From Candidatus Xenobia bacterium (GTDB lineage Bacteria > Vulcanimicrobiota > Xenobia > Xenobiales > QWHO01), in assembly GCA_045863235.1 (NCBI GenBank), contig BTUM01000070.1:1-41716 (forward strand): a stretch of DNA of 41,716 bases, given 5' to 3'. This document shows, in pieces, positions 1 through 7,551 of the stretch. Made by a program: the position numbers and the translations under genes. Under the pieces are notes generated by a model. The model saw only the letters and a list, made by a program, of their open reading frames with translations. It searched no databases and was not told the origin of the DNA. Position 1 is the stretch's first letter, and each line of letters starts with the position of its first letter.

Positions 1-125
1 CGTGCCACCTGAGGCTGGTGCATCGAGGCTACCTGAAGATCAGCGGTCCGGCCAGTCAGCCGCGCTTCGAGCGGGTGGGGGAAGTGTTGCGGGGGGAGAT
101 GCGGGTAACGACTCGCGGTCCGTGA
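1..125 (+). CDS. Partial CDS (3' end), possible HNH endonuclease C-terminus
   Basis: Frame from nt 3 reads CHLRLVHRGYLKISGPASQPRFERVGEVLRGEMRVTTRGP* (TGA 123-125). CHxxxxHxG followed by a beta strand resembles the end of HNH motifs. Truncated by the window edge and absent from the ORF track. Confidence 0.45.
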   Translation, partial: CHLRLVHRGYLKISGPASQPRFERVGEVLRGEMRVTTRGP

Positions 126-145
126 GATGCGCCGTCACACGAAGA

Positions 146-805
146 TCAGCGTTCGGCTTTCTTGAGCCGGTCCTTGTATTGACTGCGCACCTTGGCCACC
201 TTGGGACCGACCACGAAGCGACAGTAAGGCTGAGCGGTGTTGTTGGCGTAGTAATTCTGGTGGTAGTCCTCGGCCTGGTAGAACTTGCTCAGGGCCGTGA
301 TCTCGGTCACGATGGGGTCATTGTAGTTGGCCTGCGCCTTGGCTTTGGCCGCCTCGGCCCGCTTCTTTTGATCCTCGTCGTGGTAATAGACCACCGAGCG
401 GTACTGCGTACCCACGTCGTCGCCCTGCCGGTTGAGCGTGGTGGGGTCGTGCAGGTGAAAGAAGACGTCCATCAGATCGTCAAAGCTGAACTTGCTCGGG
501 TCGTAGTAGATCTGCACGACCTCGGCGTGGCCGGTATCCCCGTTGCACACCTGCTTGTAGGTGGGATTATCCACCTTGCCGCCCGAGTAGCCGCAGACCA
601 CCTGCTCCACTCCCTCGAGCTCGAGGAACACCGCCTCCAAACACCAGAAACAACCGCCCCCGATGGTGGCAACCTCAAGACCTTCTTTGCTGGGCACTAC
701 TTTCCGAGTCTCCTTTGATTGGGTTGGGATGGGCGCACGCGACCAGAGATTCAGCAGCGCGAAGGCGGCCAGAAAGCTGAGCACCAACCAGAGCCAGCGA
801 TTCAT
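146..805 (-). CDS. msrA: Peptide methionine sulfoxide reductase MsrA with N-terminal signal/anchor
   Basis: GGGCFWC active site, GYSGG, GHAEVVQ, HDPTTLNRQGDDVGTQYRS, AEDYHQNY. Start moved to ATG 805 (MNRWLWLVLSFLAAFALL) behind a GGAGGAGAGG RBS. Confidence 0.95.
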   Translation of the reverse strand: MNRWLWLVLSFLAAFALLNLWSRAPIPTQSKETRKVVPSKEGLEVATIGGGCFWCLEAVFLELEGVEQVVCGYSGGKVDNPTYKQVCNGDTGHAEVVQIYYDPSKFSFDDLMDVFFHLHDPTTLNRQGDDVGTQYRSVVYYHDEDQKKRAEAAKAKAQANYNDPIVTEITALSKFYQAEDYHQNYYANNTAQPYCRFVVGPKVAKVRSQYKDRLKKAER

Positions 806-869
806 CCTCTCCTCCTTCGTGGGGCCGGACGATTTGTCCGCCTTCCCAGGGCACAACAGTCTGCCGCTC

Positions 870-951
870 GGTCTGGTTCCCCAGCCCAAATCTCACCTGC
901 GGCGATCCGCCACTGGTCTGGTTCCCCAGCCCAAAATCTTGCCACCTGTGG
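870..951. repeat. Two-copy intergenic direct repeat, 45-bp period
   Basis: GGTCTGGTTCCCCAGCCCAAA exact at 870-890 and 915-935, each followed by TCT..CACCTG(C/T)GG. Confidence 0.85.
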
Positions 952-1021
952 ATCGAGATCCGAGCGGCCGCAAGCACGTCGCTGGCAGGGGGTAGCGCGA
1001 AGGAGCCGAATCGCAGGCGGC

Positions 1022-1405
1022 ATGACCGAACAGACCGCTGAAACCCCGTCCGCACCCGCTCCTCCCCCCGAGCCCGTGCACGCCACCTACGAAGACTTCA
1101 AGAAGGTTCGCCTGATCACTGCCCGCGTGGTGGCTGCCGAGGCGGTGGAGGGGGCCGACAAGCTGCTGCGCCTGACGCTCGATGACGGTAAGCGGCAAGA
1201 CCGCACCATCGTGTCCGGCATCCGCAAGTCGTTTGCTCCCGAGGACATGGTAGGCCGGACCATCTGCATCGTGGACAACCTCAAGCCGCGCAAGATCTTC
1301 AACATCATGAGCGAGGGCATGATCCTGGCTGCCAATCATCCCGACGGCTCCATCGTGCTGATGGCTCCAAGCGCCGAGCTGCCCCCCGGAGCGGAGATCA
1401 GCTGA
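1022..1405 (+). CDS. Stand-alone tRNA-binding OB-fold protein (MetRS C-terminal/CsaA/Trbp111 family)
   Basis: YEDFKKVRL, GADKLLRLTLD, RTIVSGIR, NLKPRKIFNIMSEGMILAA and PPGAEI are typical of this family. ATG at 1022. Confidence 0.88.
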   Translation: MTEQTAETPSAPAPPPEPVHATYEDFKKVRLITARVVAAEAVEGADKLLRLTLDDGKRQDRTIVSGIRKSFAPEDMVGRTICIVDNLKPRKIFNIMSEGMILAANHPDGSIVLMAPSAELPPGAEIS

Positions 1406-1866
1406 CCGAGTCGGTCTGGGACTATCCGCGTCCGCCAGCGCTGCTACCCTGTGACCTGGAATGCGAGGTCGTCTTTGCGGGCAGGCGCCTGGCGCACTCG
1501 GGGCGCACGCTGAGGGTGCTCGAGAGGAGCCATCCGCCCACCTTCTACTTTCCGCCCGAAGACGTGGACCTGTCTTTGCTCCAGAGCGTGTCCGGTACCA
1601 GTTGGTGCGAATTCAAAGGGCAGGCGGCTTACTATGACCTGGTCGTGGCTGGGCAGCGCTCGCCCAGGGCCGCCTGGAGCTATCCCGAGCCAACCCCTGC
1701 CTTCGCGGCCTTGAAAGGATATCTGGCCTTCTATCCCGGACGAGTGGAGTCATGCCGCGTGGACGGTGAGCTGGTCGTGGCCCAGCCAGGCGACTTTTAC
1801 GGCGGCTGGATCACCTCCCTGGTGAGCGGGCCCTTCAAGGGCGGCCCGGGCACGACGGGCTGGTAG
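1402..1866 (+). CDS. DUF427 family protein, probable CTG start
   Basis: ESVWDYPRPP, LERSHPPTFYFP, SWCEFKGQAAYYD, AWSYPEP, QPGDFYGGWIT, GPFKGGPGTTGW. The conserved N-terminus lies in frame upstream of the track's GTG at 1516. Confidence 0.85.
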   Translation: MTESVWDYPRPPALLPCDLECEVVFAGRRLAHSGRTLRVLERSHPPTFYFPPEDVDLSLLQSVSGTSWCEFKGQAAYYDLVVAGQRSPRAAWSYPEPTPAFAALKGYLAFYPGRVESCRVDGELVVAQPGDFYGGWITSLVSGPFKGGPGTTGW

Positions 1867-1958
1867 GTCTGGCGGCTTGCCAAGACGCCCGGCCATAAAG
1901 TGAAACCTGGTTGAAACAGAACGGCAACATCGCTAACCTCCCGTTCAATCCCGGCGGC

Positions 1959-1987
1959 TTGGACAGGCCGCCGGTGGGCCCTATCCT
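1959..1987 (+). promoter_or_regulatory. Possible sigma70-type promoter for the repeat-protein gene
   Basis: TTGGAC (1959-1964), 17 nt, TATCCT (1982-1987). The -35 lies in the loop of the inverted repeat CCGGCGGC/GCCGCCGG (1951-1974). Confidence 0.35.
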
Positions 1988-2020
1988 GAGAGCAAGAACC
2001 ACTCAGGAGGACAACCCGTC

Positions 2021-2908
2021 ATGAACGCCGTCGGCAGCGTCGCCATCGCCATCTCGGGGAACACGCAGAACCAGGGCCTGCAGCGCCAGAACCCAACCCA
2101 GCAGGCCCTGCAGCAGATCGTGCAGTTCCTGGCCGGCTACATGGCGGGCTCGATGCTGGGCCAGGCGATGGGCGGGCCGCACCAGGGCTGCCTCTGCTCC
2201 CAGCGCCAGAACCCAAACTTCGGAGGCAACGCCAACGCGCTGGCCGGGATGCAGGGACTGATGGCCGGACTGCAGCTGGGCGGGGCCCTGGCCAACCAGG
2301 GCGGCAATTATGGCATCCAACAGCCGGGCTTCGGGCTTTCCGGCGGCTTCCCCAGTAACCATCTGGGCTTCCAGCAGCCGGCTTTCGGCGGCCTTCCCGG
2401 CGGCTTCCCCGGCACCAACCTGAGCTTCCAGCAGCCGGCTTTCGGGGGCATCCCCGGCGGCTTCCCCGACACCAACCTGGGCTTCCAGCAGCCGGCTTTC
2501 GGAGGCATCCCCGGCGGCTTCCCCAGCACCAACCTGGGCTTCCAGCAGCCGGGCTTCGGCAACTCCAACGGCCTCTTCGCCGGCATGCCCTCGCTGGGCC
2601 TGACCGGACTGCAGAATGCCAACTCGCTTTACAACGGCCTTCCCAACGGGCTGAACGGGGTGCCCAACCCTTACGAGATGGGCCAGCCGATCACCGGACT
2701 GGCCGCCGGGCTTCCCTCGCTGGCCTTCAACGTGCTCGGTCAGAACCCCAACCCGGGTTTCGCCGGCAGCACCAACATTGTGGGCCTGATCCCGCCGGTT
2801 CAGGTTCCTCCCCTGCCCGGGTTCAGCCCCCTGGGCGCCCTGCCCCCGGTCAACGCCGGCTTCCTTCCCGGCGCCTTCGGGGGGGGCATCAACAGCTTCC
2901 TCGGCTGA
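2021..2908 (+). CDS. Hypothetical low-complexity G/Q/P/F/N-rich protein with 19-aa tandem repeats
   Basis: AGGAGG RBS, ATG start, host-like GC3 codon use, repeats of NLGFQQPAFGGIPGGFP(S/G/D)T. Confidence 0.8.
   Translation: MNAVGSVAIAISGNTQNQGLQRQNPTQQALQQIVQFLAGYMAGSMLGQAMGGPHQGCLCSQRQNPNFGGNANALAGMQGLMAGLQLGGALANQGGNYGIQQPGFGLSGGFPSNHLGFQQPAFGGLPGGFPGTNLSFQQPAFGGIPGGFPDTNLGFQQPAFGGIPGGFPSTNLGFQQPGFGNSNGLFAGMPSLGLTGLQNANSLYNGLPNGLNGVPNPYEMGQPITGLAAGLPSLAFNVLGQNPNPGFAGSTNIVGLIPPVQVPPLPGFSPLGALPPVNAGFLPGAFGGGINSFLG
2306..2560 (+). repeat. Coding tandem repeat, 57-bp unit, about 4.5 copies
   Basis: ACCAACCTG recurs at 2414, 2471 and 2528 (period 57). Confidence 0.92.
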
Positions 2909-2948
2909 CCTCCAGGAGCCCCGCTCGGGGAGTCGAAGCCGCAGGTTC

Positions 2949-3509
2949 GTGCGTCCTCTGCTCATCCTCTGCACGCTCTTGATTCTGGCTGCCTCGGCCC
3001 GGGCCGAGGAGCTGGTCCCTCTCGACTCCGAGCATGACTTCCTGCACCTGTTCAGCGAGCGCCAGGGCTCTCCGCGCCTGGTCCTGTTCATCTCGCCGAC
3101 CTGAAAAGTCTGCGTTTACGGGGCCCGGTGGGTCTTCCGAGAAGTCTTGCAGCCCCATCCCGAGTGGAATCTGCGCGTTATCACCATCTGGGTCCCGGTG
3201 CTCGACTCCGATACCGAAGCTACGGCCAGGCGCGGGCCACCCGAGATGCCCGACCCTCGCGTGACCCACTGCTTTGACCGGGGGGCCGTCACCAGCCGGT
3301 GGTACCTGAGCCGCGTGGTGGAGGGATGGCCCGGTCTGGCGGAGCGGCCCGTCTTTCGCAAGGGTCTGATCTGGGACGCCTTCTTCCTGTACGGCCCCGA
3401 AGCCAGGACCGACGAGCTGCGCTCGGGCTGTCTGGCAGCGGGGGCGACCATCCTGCGCGACCGGCCCACGCTGCTCGAAGGCCTCAAGCGCCTCTTCCCC
3501 GGGGGTTGA
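2949..3509 (+). CDS. Putative exported thioredoxin-like selenoprotein (UxxC), 186 aa with Sec at residue 52
   Basis: GTG 2949 opens MRPLLILCTLLILAASARA-EELV...RLVLFISPT[TGA 3102-3104]KVCVYGARWVFREVLQ, in frame with the track ORF 3147-3509. A hairpin follows the UGA. Confidence 0.75.
3105..3139 (+). promoter_or_regulatory. Candidate bacterial SECIS element
   Basis: CGGGGCCC-GGU-GGGUCUUCCG stem-loop (3119-3139). The G-initiated apical loop begins 22 nt after the UGA. Confidence 0.55.
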
Positions 3510-3534
3510 CGGACCGAGATCCAACCGCTATTAT
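3506..3534 (+). promoter_or_regulatory. Sigma70 promoter of the tRNA pair
   Basis: TTGACG (3506-3511), 17 nt, TATTAT (3529-3534), about 20 nt upstream of tRNA-Leu. Confidence 0.75.
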
Positions 3535-3553
3535 CGTCCTTGTCCTTCGCCGC

Positions 3554-3637
3554 GGGCGAGTGGCGGAATGGCAGACGCGGTAGACTTAGGATCTACTGGA
3601 GAAATCCGTGGGGGTTCAAGTCCCTTCTCGCCCACCA
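3554..3637 (+). tRNA. tRNA-Leu (TAG)
   Basis: GGGCGAG/CTCGCCC acceptor stem, anticodon arm GTAGA-CTTAGGA-TCTAC, long variable arm, GGTTCAAGTCC T arm, encoded CCA. Confidence 0.97.
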
Positions 3638-3650
3638 TCAGCGTGAGCTT

Positions 3651-3725
3651 GCGGAAGTAGCTCAGCGGTAGAGCACTGCCTTGCCAAGGCAGGGGTCGCG
3701 AGTTCGAATCTCGTCTTCCGCTCCA
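3651..3725 (+). tRNA. tRNA-Gly (GCC)
   Basis: GCGGAAG/CTTCCGC acceptor stem, anticodon arm CTGCC-TTGCCAA-GGCAG, GTTCGAATC, encoded CCA. Confidence 0.97.
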
Positions 3726-3727
3726 AT

Positions 3728-3761
3728 GAAGCCGTCCTGAACCAGGACGGCTTCGTTCTTT
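3728..3761 (+). terminator. Intrinsic terminator after the tRNAs
   Basis: GAAGCCGTCCTG-AAC-CAGGACGGCTTC 12-bp stem followed by GTTCTTT. Confidence 0.85.
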
Positions 3762-3924
3762 CCCGGGTCAGGTAGGATCTCGGCCACGGGCAGCGTAATC
3801 CTCCTCTCCTTATCACACAGAACGGAAGTGAAGTGCTGAAGGTATTGCAGTCATTTGCGCCGACAGGCGCCCCCGAAGGATGGGCAAGACCCTCGGCACG
3901 TAACGCTCAACACACGGAGGACCC

Positions 3925-5538
3925 ATGAAGGTCACGGTATCGGAGAACACCCCGGTCGAGCGCACCATGGAAGTGACGGTCGACAGCAAGAAAGTCGATC
4001 AGGCCTACTCCCAGGCTTTTGAGAAGATGGCCCGCAGTCTCAACCTGAAAGGCTTCCGCAAGGGGAAGGTCCCCACCCAGATCGCGCGCCGTTACATCAC
4101 CGACGACGGCCTCGCCGGGACCGTGCTCGAGGGGATGCTCCCCCGCGCCTTCCGAGAAGCGCTGGTGGAGAGCCAGCTGGTGCCCCTCTCCGAGCCTCGC
4201 TGGGAGATCGTCTCCAAGGAGCGCGGGCGCGATCTGGTCTTCAAGGCCACCTTCGAGGTCAAGCCCCAGGTCGACATCACCGACTACAAGGGCGTTGCGA
4301 TCAACCAGGCCCGGCCCGAGATCACCGACGAGCATGTCGAGAACGTGTTGCAAGACTACCGCAACGGCCAGGCCCGCCTGGCCTCGGTGACGGAAGACCG
4401 CGGGCTGCAAGAAGGCGACATCGCCCTGGTCGATTACACCTGCCTGCACGAAGGCCAACCGGTAGCTCACGGCTCGGCCCAGAACTACCTGATGGAGCTC
4501 AAGCAGGAGGCTTACCTGCCAGGCTTCGTGGACAACCTTCTGGGCTTGAAGGCAGGCCAGGAGAGAGAGTTCGAGGCCGACTTCCCGGAGGACTACACCA
4601 ACGACGAGTTGGCCGGCAAGCACGTCACTTTCCACTTCAAGCTGCACGAAATCAAAGTGCGCCAGTTGCCCGAGCTCGATGACGAGTTCGCCAAGACCAT
4701 TTCGGACTTCGAGACCCTGGCCGCGCTGCGAGCGGACATGCTCGAGAAGATGACCGAGAACGTCCAGGTGCGCACCCGCCGCGAGGCGGGCAGCCGCATC
4801 CTGTTCCAGCTCGCGGGCCAGGTCCAGGACACTCAGGTCCCTCAAGCCCTGGTGGCTTACAAGGCCAACCTGATCTTCCGTACCCTGGGCCAGAAGCTCG
4901 AGCGCGAGCAGATGACCCTGGAGCAGTACATGGCCTCGCAGGGGATGGACAAGGACCGTCTCTTCCGCCAGATCTCGGCTCAGGGCGCCTTCGAGGCCCG
5001 CATCGAGCTGGCCGTAGACAGCGTGGCCCGCAGCGAGAACATCACCGTTCCGGCCTCCGAGATCAGCGCCCAGATCGCTCAGTCCGCCCAGATGCATGGC
5101 GTCTCCCCCAGCGAGATGGAGGAGCAGATGCGTCAGGACGGCACCATCGAGGTGGTGCGCTACAACCTGCTGCAGACCAAAGTGGTAGATTTCCTGGCCG
5201 AGCACGGAAAGGTGAGCTACATCACCCCCGAGGAGGCGGCCCGGCTGGCCGAGGAGGAGAAGAAGCAGGCCGAAGCGGCCGCCAAGAAGGCCGAGAAGGA
5301 AGCCCAGAAGGCCAAGAAGGCTGAGCCCGCGGAGGAAGCTGAGGCCGAGGCAGCCGAGGCAGCCGAGGCGGCTCCCGCTCCCAAGAAGGCCAAGACGAAA
5401 GCCGCTCCGGACGAGGAAGAGGCCGCCCCCGCACCCAAAAAGAAAGCTGCGCCCAAAGCAAAAGAGGCGGCCGAGGAAGGGGAAGCCGAGGGCGAGGCAA
5501 AGAAGCCCAAGACCCGAGCCAGGAAGAAGGAAGGATAA
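3925..5538 (+). CDS. tig: Trigger factor with long K/E/A-rich C-terminal tail
   Basis: GFRKGKVP ribosome-binding motif, FKBP-like middle domain (YLPGF, FPEDY..LAGK), GGAGG RBS, upstream of clpP-clpX. Confidence 0.95.
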   Translation: MKVTVSENTPVERTMEVTVDSKKVDQAYSQAFEKMARSLNLKGFRKGKVPTQIARRYITDDGLAGTVLEGMLPRAFREALVESQLVPLSEPRWEIVSKERGRDLVFKATFEVKPQVDITDYKGVAINQARPEITDEHVENVLQDYRNGQARLASVTEDRGLQEGDIALVDYTCLHEGQPVAHGSAQNYLMELKQEAYLPGFVDNLLGLKAGQEREFEADFPEDYTNDELAGKHVTFHFKLHEIKVRQLPELDDEFAKTISDFETLAALRADMLEKMTENVQVRTRREAGSRILFQLAGQVQDTQVPQALVAYKANLIFRTLGQKLEREQMTLEQYMASQGMDKDRLFRQISAQGAFEARIELAVDSVARSENITVPASEISAQIAQSAQMHGVSPSEMEEQMRQDGTIEVVRYNLLQTKVVDFLAEHGKVSYITPEEAARLAEEEKKQAEAAAKKAEKEAQKAKKAEPAEEAEAEAAEAAEAAPAPKKAKTKAAPDEEEAAPAPKKKAAPKAKEAAEEGEAEGEAKKPKTRARKKEG

Positions 5539-5543
5539 CCTCG

Positions 5544-6158
5544 TTGAGCCACCACGATTCGTTCGCCCAGCATCTCGTTCCGATGGTCGTCGAGCAGACG
5601 GCTCGAGGCGAGCGATCCTACGACATCTTCTCGCGACTTCTGAAGAACCGCATCATCTTCGTGGGGGACCCGATCGAGGACGTGATCGCCAACCTGATCA
5701 TCGCCCAGCTCCTGTTTTTGGAGCAAGAAGATCCGGACAAGGACATCGACCTGTATATCAACAGCCCGGGTGGCTCCACCACGGCCGGACTAGCGATCTA
5801 CGACTGCATGCAGTTGGTGAAGCCGGATGTCTCGACCATCTGCATGGGTCTGGCGGCCAGCGCCTCGGCGCTGCTCCTGGCGGGAGGCGCCAAGGAGAAG
5901 CGCTTCGCGTTGCCGTTCGCGCGCATCCTGATCCACCAGCCCTGGTCGAGCGGGGTAGGGGGTCAGGCCACCGATGTCGAGATCCACGCCAAGGAAATCC
6001 TGCACACCCGGCAGGTATTGAACGAAATTCTAGCCAAACATACCGGACAGACACTGGACAAGATCCAGTATGACACCGAAAGAGATTACTATCTCAGTGC
6101 CGAAGAGGCAGTGAGCTATGGTATAATCGACAAGGTGATCACCAAGGAAAGTCGTTAG
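5544..6158 (+). CDS. clpP: ATP-dependent Clp protease proteolytic subunit
   Basis: [31 protein letters not shown] (catalytic Ser), ILIHQP, DTERD. TTG start. Confidence 0.97.
   Translation: MSHHDSFAQHLVPMVVEQTARGERSYDIFSRLLKNRIIFVGDPIEDVIANLIIAQLLFLEQEDPDKDIDLYINSPGGSTTAGLAIYDCMQLVKPDVSTICMGLAASASALLLAGGAKEKRFALPFARILIHQPWSSGVGGQATDVEIHAKEILHTRQVLNEILAKHTGQTLDKIQYDTERDYYLSAEEAVSYGIIDKVITKESR
6119..6127 (+). promoter_or_regulatory. Possible internal extended -10 promoter for clpX
   Basis: TGGTATAAT (TGnTATAAT) inside the AT-richer 3' end of clpP. Confidence 0.4.
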
Positions 6159-6240
6159 CTTTCTGGCATCCGGGCTGCCGGCCCGATAACAATGATATTC
6201 AGGCCCAGGCGGCCTGTTCGGGTAGATCGAGGAGGTTTTG

Positions 6241-7509
6241 ATGTTCCGATTCGGGGATGACCGGGGTACCCTGAAGTGCTCTTTCTGCGGCAAGAATCAA
6301 GATCAGGTGCGCAAGTTGATCGCTGGTCCGGGTGTGTACATCTGTGACGAGTGCATCGAGCTGTGTAACGAGATCATCGAGGAAGAGCTCTCCCGCACCA
6401 CGGAAGACCCGTTGCGCTTCCGCAACCTGCCCAAGCCCAAGGAGATCAACCAGATCCTCGACCAGTACGTCGTGGGCCAGGAGAAGGCCAAGAAAACCCT
6501 CTCTGTGGCCGTCTACAATCACTACAAGCGCATCCACATGAAGGGTGGCAACACTCCCAGCGGTGAGGAGGTCGAGCTTCAAAAGAGCAACGTCCTTCTC
6601 ATCGGTCCGACCGGTTGCGGCAAGACCTACCTGGCTCAGACGCTGGCCAAGATCCTGAATGTTCCGCTGGCGCTGGCCGATGCCACCTCCCTGACCGAGG
6701 CCGGCTACGTGGGCGAGGACGTCGAGAACATCCTGCTCAAGCTGATCCAGGCGGCCGACTACGACGTGAAGCGTGCCCAGCAGGGCATCATCTACATCGA
6801 CGAAATCGACAAGATTGCCCGCAAGTCGGAGAACCCGTCCATCACCCGTGACGTTTCGGGCGAGGGCGTCCAGCAGGCCCTGCTCAAGATTCTGGAGGGC
6901 ACCGAGGCCAACGTTCCGCCTCAGGGGGGCCGCAAGCACCCCCATCAGGAGTTCATCCAGATCGATACCACCAACATCCTGTTCATCTGTGGGGGGGCTT
7001 TCGAGGGACTCGAGAAGATCATCGAGACCCGCATTCGCAACCAGAACATGGGCTTCCGCGCCAACATCGAGAGCAAACGCAACCGGAACGTGGGCGATCT
7101 ACTCGTGCAGGTGCTGCCGGAAGACCTGCTCAAATTCGGGCTGATCCCCGAGTTCGTGGGGCGTCTGCCCATCGTGGTGACGCTGAATGCGCTGGACGAG
7201 GACGCTCTGGTGAAGATCCTTACCGAGCCGCGCAACGCCCTGGTCAAGCAGTATCAGAAGATCTTCAGCATGGACGGCGTCGACCTGGTGTTCACCAAGG
7301 AAGCGGTCGGCTCCATCGCTCGCGAGGCCCAGACCCGCAAGACGGGTGCCCGCGCTCTGCGAAGCATCGTGGAAGAGGTGATGCTCGACGTGATGTACGA
7401 GATCCCCTCGCTTTCCAATGCCCGCAAGTGCGTGATCACCCAGGAGGTCATCGAGAAGCGCGAAGAGCCCACCTTGATGTTCGTCGAGGACATGAAGGAA
7501 GCTTCCTGA
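6241..7509 (+). CDS. clpX: Clp protease ATP-binding subunit ClpX
   Basis: CSFC..ICDEC zinc-binding domain, [46 protein letters not shown] before ATG 6241. Confidence 0.98.
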   Translation: MFRFGDDRGTLKCSFCGKNQDQVRKLIAGPGVYICDECIELCNEIIEEELSRTTEDPLRFRNLPKPKEINQILDQYVVGQEKAKKTLSVAVYNHYKRIHMKGGNTPSGEEVELQKSNVLLIGPTGCGKTYLAQTLAKILNVPLALADATSLTEAGYVGEDVENILLKLIQAADYDVKRAQQGIIYIDEIDKIARKSENPSITRDVSGEGVQQALLKILEGTEANVPPQGGRKHPHQEFIQIDTTNILFICGGAFEGLEKIIETRIRNQNMGFRANIESKRNRNVGDLLVQVLPEDLLKFGLIPEFVGRLPIVVTLNALDEDALVKILTEPRNALVKQYQKIFSMDGVDLVFTKEAVGSIAREAQTRKTGARALRSIVEEVMLDVMYEIPSLSNARKCVITQEVIEKREEPTLMFVEDMKEAS

Positions 7510-7551
7510 TCTAAATTCTCCGGCCTCAGAACCGGACGTCCAAGAGGGCGA

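Noticed and set aside
2306..2560. CRISPR or non-coding repeat
   Set aside because: The period is 57 bp (19 codons), it lies in an open frame and variation is largely codon-wise, so it is a coding repeat.
3147..3509. 120-aa ORF with TTG start as a complete gene, or a nonsense pseudogene
   Set aside because: The upstream in-frame signal peptide, the UxxC position and the hairpin favour Sec read-through; a pseudogene remains the fallback if sel genes are absent.
3554..3925. tRNA-targeted integrated element
   Set aside because: No integrase and no duplicated tRNA 3' end was seen; tRNA-tig-clpP-clpX is an ordinary arrangement.
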